This document shows, one piece after another, positions 59,598-64,000 of a stretch of DNA of 64,000 nt (position 1 is the first letter of the stretch; every line of letters begins with the position of its first letter). Below the pieces are notes generated by a model. That model was given only the letters and a program-made list of their open reading frames with translations, made no database searches and was not told the DNA's origin. Origin of the DNA: Thermoproteota archaeon (GTDB taxonomy: Archaea > Thermoproteota > Thermoprotei > Thermofilales > B9-G17); assembly GCA_029258885.1 (NCBI GenBank), contig JAPDJW010000002.1, positions 1 to 64,000 on the forward strand, written 5' to 3'. Both the position numbers and the translations under genes were made by a program.

Positions 59598-62251
59598 ATA
59601 AACTCTATTTTTATTATGTTTCCTTCCTTTACCGTAAGTTCATTCTTGAAGTTAACTATGATGCTGTCCTCCTCAGTCACTGTGCTATAGGGTATCTCCG
59701 AATCATTTATCATTACTTTTGAGGGTTCACCGAATTTTGTGCTGAGCTCTAGGCTCCTAATCTTTAGTATGCCGTGTAGTACTTCTATGGTTAATATCTT
59801 AGCTTGATAATCGTACGTTACCGAGCCCCATGATCCATTTACTACCAGTGGTGCTTTAATTTTCTCGGAGTCTAGTTTAGGTTTAAATACGAGTTTTCCC
59901 GGCTGATAGTTTAAGCCAAATAATGATGTTAAGATAGCCCATGAATCCATAGCTCTATAGTAGTGTCCTCCGCATTCGATGTGGTTCCAGAATAAGCCGC
60001 TCTTTCCGTATCGCTCATAGACGTTCCTTGCTATCTTAAGCCCTTCCTCAATGAATCCCTCCTGTATGAGTAGAGAGGCGACAGAGTATTCGGTTCCAGT
60101 CCATGGAGTATCGGACTGTGAGCATGGTCTCCACTTTATATTTGTCCCGTTTGGATATACTATCTCCCCCATGAAGGAAGGTCTTTCTCCAGATGGATAG
60201 GCTCCATTAATTAATCCCTCCTCAGGCTTGTAGTTGTACTTTAGTATTTCCTTAAGGGAGCTACGTATCATGAATTCCTCCACTAAACGGCCTAAGCGAC
60301 ATAGGTTTGCATACCATTGTCCATTTAACTGATCAGCCATACACATTGAATCCCTTAATCCACTTACTGGATCATACCATAAATCGAAGTATTCACCGTT
60401 CCAGAGCATCTGAATAAATCTTTTCCTGGCCTTTTCATATAATTCTCTAATTTTATCTGCATAGTCCTTCTCTCCCATCATCTCCGCTGTCTTAACTACG
60501 GCCTTTAGAGCTGCTAACCATATCATACATACGTATGAGGAGTAGCCTAGAAAACACCATCCATCGTACGTTTGGAAAGATATAGGCTCATTAACCTTAC
60601 CCATAAGGAGGCTCAGTATATTATGGGATAGATTTATTGAGGCATATGCATCGAATCCTGAGGGCATATAGTGGTAAGGTAGGCCGTAGCCTAGCTCATC
60701 CATAGTCTTAAGAACCGTCTCCACCGATAACTTCACTTTACTCCACATATCCTCTAGGAATTTCCTGTCCCCCGTCCAGAGGTAGTCTCTGTAGACCATT
60801 AGGATAAACTTTGGCATTAAATCGACCATATGGTACGCATCTACCCTTGAGAATGTCTTTGGGAAGAAATGTGGCATTCGACCAGTTGGATCCTTACCGG
60901 TTATCCTAGCTATCCTTTTCAATACTTCGATTCTCCTCTTTTCATCGTATGCTATTGATGGATTCCTCGAAACCTCTTCTTTAAACCTTTCAACATTCTC
61001 CTGGAAGGCGAGCACATACCTACTATACTGTGGCTTACTTGGATCAAGCTGGAACTTTGCGAGCATCCTTATACAAGTTTTTTCAAGCTCGGGGAACATT
61101 AGCACCAGAGGTATTGAGCCATAGTACGCTACATCTAGAGTATTTAAGCCACAACAGCCGGGTCCTCCCTCCCATATGCCGAAGCTTCCATCCTTAGTAT
61201 AGAATGAGTTAGTAACTAGTGTCGTGAGCTGCGATGTAACGGTATCTATTATCCAGTAGTCTAGGGTAGAGCTATATAATATATCATGAAACTTCAGTGT
61301 ACGCTCCCTAAGGTATTTAAGGTTGCTTATAACGTAATCCAGCACGCTAACTGAGGATCTAAACCAGTTCTCATACATGTGGCCCAAATATATTCCATCG
61401 CAGTCTATATGGTTTGGGAAGAACCACGTTAGAATGAATACTATCTTCTCCTCTCCACCAGCCTCTACCTTAACTTTTCTAGCTAATACCCCGTAGATAT
61501 CCTCGCTCGAAGTACCTTCATCGACTCCATCGATATATCCATCGCTCCTGAAATCTATCCACATCTCCCTCATGCGCTCTATCTTCTTAGGCAGAGCGGC
61601 ATGATATGATACACTAGGACCTACTACTGCTAATGTCATCGATCCATTATATGTTCCATGATTTCTCGGGATATTTGCTCCATACATGTGGATATATACT
61701 AGATTCTTGCCCCTAAACGCCTTGTTTACTAGTATTCTGCCGCCATACCCGTATCCGATTGGATTCTTACATGCTGAGAGTATGCTTACTTCAACCTCTA
61801 TATCTGACGTATTCCTTATTTCGAACTCGAAGATAGCGGTTGGTAGGGATGAATTCTTTACATCGCCTGGTATGAAAGGCGTATAGGCTCTAAGCCTTAT
61901 TTCAACCGGAATATTGTCCTTGAATTTGAGCAAGGCTATCGGGTATTCACCGATATACTCTATTTCCTCTATGTTCTTAAGCCACGGCATGTGGTATAGA
62001 TCTCCACCTAAATCGTTCACCCCCAGCCTTAAAATCCTGACATATACTTCGTCCCCCACTTTCACTCTAGCTGCGAAGAAGAAGTCGTCTTGACCCATGC
62101 AGTTTTCCTCGCTCCCACAGCCCCTCCAAGGATTATTGTTGAATATCTGCCACTCATAGAACCTGCCATCAGGTCTAATTTCAAAGTATCCTGTTCCTAA
62201 TCCTCCAAGAGGTATCCCTGATTTAGGTATAATTTTAGAAACGTATTTCAA
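59594..62251 (-). CDS. GH116 family beta-glycosidase (non-lysosomal glucosylceramidase-like)
   Basis: GIPLGGLGTG, IWEG..LNTLDV, QTYDGW, MADQLNGQWY, PWTGTEY and HIECGGHYYRAM motifs. Confidence 0.92.
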   Translation of the reverse strand: MKYVSKIIPKSGIPLGGLGTGYFEIRPDGRFYEWQIFNNNPWRGCGSEENCMGQDDFFFAARVKVGDEVYVRILRLGVNDLGGDLYHMPWLKNIEEIEYIGEYPIALLKFKDNIPVEIRLRAYTPFIPGDVKNSSLPTAIFEFEIRNTSDIEVEVSILSACKNPIGYGYGGRILVNKAFRGKNLVYIHMYGANIPRNHGTYNGSMTLAVVGPSVSYHAALPKKIERMREMWIDFRSDGYIDGVDEGTSSEDIYGVLARKVKVEAGGEEKIVFILTWFFPNHIDCDGIYLGHMYENWFRSSVSVLDYVISNLKYLRERTLKFHDILYSSTLDYWIIDTVTSQLTTLVTNSFYTKDGSFGIWEGGPGCCGLNTLDVAYYGSIPLVLMFPELEKTCIRMLAKFQLDPSKPQYSRYVLAFQENVERFKEEVSRNPSIAYDEKRRIEVLKRIARITGKDPTGRMPHFFPKTFSRVDAYHMVDLMPKFILMVYRDYLWTGDRKFLEDMWSKVKLSVETVLKTMDELGYGLPYHYMPSGFDAYASINLSHNILSLLMGKVNEPISFQTYDGWCFLGYSSYVCMIWLAALKAVVKTAEMMGEKDYADKIRELYEKARKRFIQMLWNGEYFDLWYDPVSGLRDSMCMADQLNGQWYANLCRLGRLVEEFMIRSSLKEILKYNYKPEEGLINGAYPSGERPSFMGEIVYPNGTNIKWRPCSQSDTPWTGTEYSVASLLIQEGFIEEGLKIARNVYERYGKSGLFWNHIECGGHYYRAMDSWAILTSLFGLNYQPGKLVFKPKLDSEKIKAPLVVNGSWGSVTYDYQAKILTIEVLHGILKIRSLELSTKFGEPSKVMINDSEIPYSTVTEEDSIIVNFKNELTVKEGNIIKIEFI

Positions 62252-62343
62252 TTAATTCACCTAATTTAAGATGGAAAAAGGCATTATTAATCATTAGCAG
62301 TTATGGCCAGGCTAGACGAGTTAACATAGGCTATATATTCATT

Positions 62344-63330
62344 TTACCTACATCCTCTAGCTGCTTTAACTAAAGCCTTAATATTTTCGGGATGCGACCA
62401 TAGTGGTACTTCACAGCCAGCACTTAGAATATGATACCTGCCTCCTCCCCTTTCGATACATTCCCTAGCCTTATTAAACACTATATCCGGGACAGAATTT
62501 ACTAAAAGTCTTGTGTCAATATTGCCTAAAATACATTTATTTGCTAGTATCTTCTTCGCCTCCCTTAAATCCACGTAGCAATCCAGCTGAATTACGTCAA
62601 ATGATAAATTTTTCAAATGCTGTATGATCCTATTCGATCTTCCACACACATGTATTGCTGAATATACACCTCGCCGTTTAATATAAGACAATAGGTTCTC
62701 AACAGCCCTTCGAGCGTAGCGTTCAAATACGACTGGGCCTGCTAATATTAAACAAGGCTCTAAAACCATTATTAGATCCGCTTTACCCCTATCTATAAGT
62801 AGATCTACGTATCCTTTACTATATTCAGAAAGCTTAAAGATATATGTTTTAACGGAAGAAGTTTCTCCATATATTATTTTTCTGAAAACTTTAGCTATAC
62901 CAAATAGTTGACATAAAAAGGTAAAGGGGCCTAAAACATAGCCTCCTATAATTTTCTCGATGGAAAGCTCTTTAGATATCTTAGCTAAGGCTTTTACAAA
63001 TACCTTTATTCTCCCCCTCTCCTCATTAAAGATAGGTTCAGGCGGCTCTGTTAGATGTCCTACTATCGTTGGAAGACTATTCTTAATATCTATCTTTGCT
63101 CCTAAAGCTTCCGCCTCTAATGTGGTGTCCATGTAATGAAAAACTATATCAATATCATAGAATTTAGCAGCTTTAATCTGCAAACGAGCCATAAGCTCAG
63201 GATTTCTATAGGCCTCCTTAACAGATTCTCTATAAAGCATAGCTGAATGAGCACCTATGAGTGGAGCAACCGGAGTGTTAACCGGAATTTCGCCATTAAT
63301 CGCCTGTTCAACTAATTTTCTCCTGTTCAT
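62344..63330 (-). CDS. Uroporphyrinogen decarboxylase superfamily protein, MtaA/CmuA-like methyltransferase
   Basis: EAEALGA, IHVCG Zn motif, GNID and ILSAGCEVP. Confidence 0.82.
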   Translation of the reverse strand: MNRRKLVEQAINGEIPVNTPVAPLIGAHSAMLYRESVKEAYRNPELMARLQIKAAKFYDIDIVFHYMDTTLEAEALGAKIDIKNSLPTIVGHLTEPPEPIFNEERGRIKVFVKALAKISKELSIEKIIGGYVLGPFTFLCQLFGIAKVFRKIIYGETSSVKTYIFKLSEYSKGYVDLLIDRGKADLIMVLEPCLILAGPVVFERYARRAVENLLSYIKRRGVYSAIHVCGRSNRIIQHLKNLSFDVIQLDCYVDLREAKKILANKCILGNIDTRLLVNSVPDIVFNKARECIERGGGRYHILSAGCEVPLWSHPENIKALVKAARGCR

Positions 63331-63452
63331 TCCATCACTATCTAATACCTGCTTCTATACTATAGCCTCCCTATATTATGCAATACGTAATAACTTGGAA
63401 AATAAATAATTTAGTGATGTTACTTGTTATCCAAGGTACTTAGGTGTTTTAT

Positions 63453-64000
63453 ATGCCCTTAAGTATACGTTTAGCAACTCTGAATGATGCAGAAGGTATA
63501 ACGGAAGTACATTGCTCGGATGTTAATAGATGGTATAAAATAGTTAATGGCAGGAAGGTTGAGGCTAAATATGATGAATTGACGGTAGAGGATCGTTTCA
63601 GGCATGGAGGGCCTTGGATGAGCGTTGAGACCTGCGCAATTCACCTTAACTATATGCTTACATCAGGTCAGTATCCGATTATAGCTGAGCTTAACGGAAA
63701 AATAGTTGGTGAATTAGAGCTCTATATTGGTGAAGATAGAGGAGTTTTAGGTAAAACGGAATTCATAGACATACTTTACGTCCACAGGGACTTTAGGAGG
63801 AGGGGTATAGGTAGAATGTTGATAGCTAAAGCTCAGGAGATAGCCGTCAGCGAGGGATGTGATACCTTAAGCGTATGGCCTGAAGAGGATGCGATACCAT
63901 TCTATAGGAAATGTGGCTTAGATAAAGTAGCTTATAGGATAGTTAATCTAAGCATAGACTTGAAGAAAATAGAGAAGGTACACGCCGAATACGAGGTACT
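63453..64000 (+). CDS. GNAT-family acetyltransferase (partial, runs off the window)
   Basis: ATG at 63453 (MPLSIRLATLNDAEGI); LYVHRDFRRRGIGRML acetyl-CoA motif; frame open to the window end. Confidence 0.85.
   Translation, partial: MPLSIRLATLNDAEGITEVHCSDVNRWYKIVNGRKVEAKYDELTVEDRFRHGGPWMSVETCAIHLNYMLTSGQYPIIAELNGKIVGELELYIGEDRGVLGKTEFIDILYVHRDFRRRGIGRMLIAKAQEIAVSEGCDTLSVWPEEDAIPFYRKCGLDKVAYRIVNLSIDLKKIEKVHAEYEV

Overview
Archaeal chromosome segment, probably from a thermophilic TACK/Thermoproteota-type organism. This is inferred from the archaeal marker families (TrmB, AGOG, geranylgeranyl reductase, TreT, SufCB, TtuA/TtuB), GGTGA/GAGG ribosome-binding sites, TTTATA boxes and overlapping genes; the exact taxon cannot be read from the sequence. 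It contains housekeeping and metabolic genes (Fe-S assembly, tRNA thiolation, PEP carboxykinase, AdoMet decarboxylase, DNA repair, a trehalose/maltose ABC-TrmB-TreT locus, an oxidative-stress trio, a GH116 cluster), one tRNA-His(GUG), two large surface proteins, three VapBC-type modules, a HEPN-MNT pair, extra nucleotidyltransferases and several pseudogenes. Two loci stand out. (1) An IS200/IS605 tnpB at 36580-37836 (-) has Gln in place of its RuvC-III catalytic Asp and appears 5'-truncated. About 2.4 kb away lies a stand-alone, 79%-identical copy of its omega-RNA/right-end region (34065-34199, +) that keeps the stems and a K-turn but is followed by a different guide. This is a candidate nuclease-dead RNA-guided DNA-binding system, or a decaying relic. 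(2) A 16-blade beta-propeller surface protein (1419-4172) is built from near-identical 117-bp repeats with hypervariable, mosaic loop codons. Its 3' anchor (127 bp) is identical to the end of an upstream tandem paralog at the window edge. No CRISPR array, rRNA, integrase or reverse transcriptase was found.
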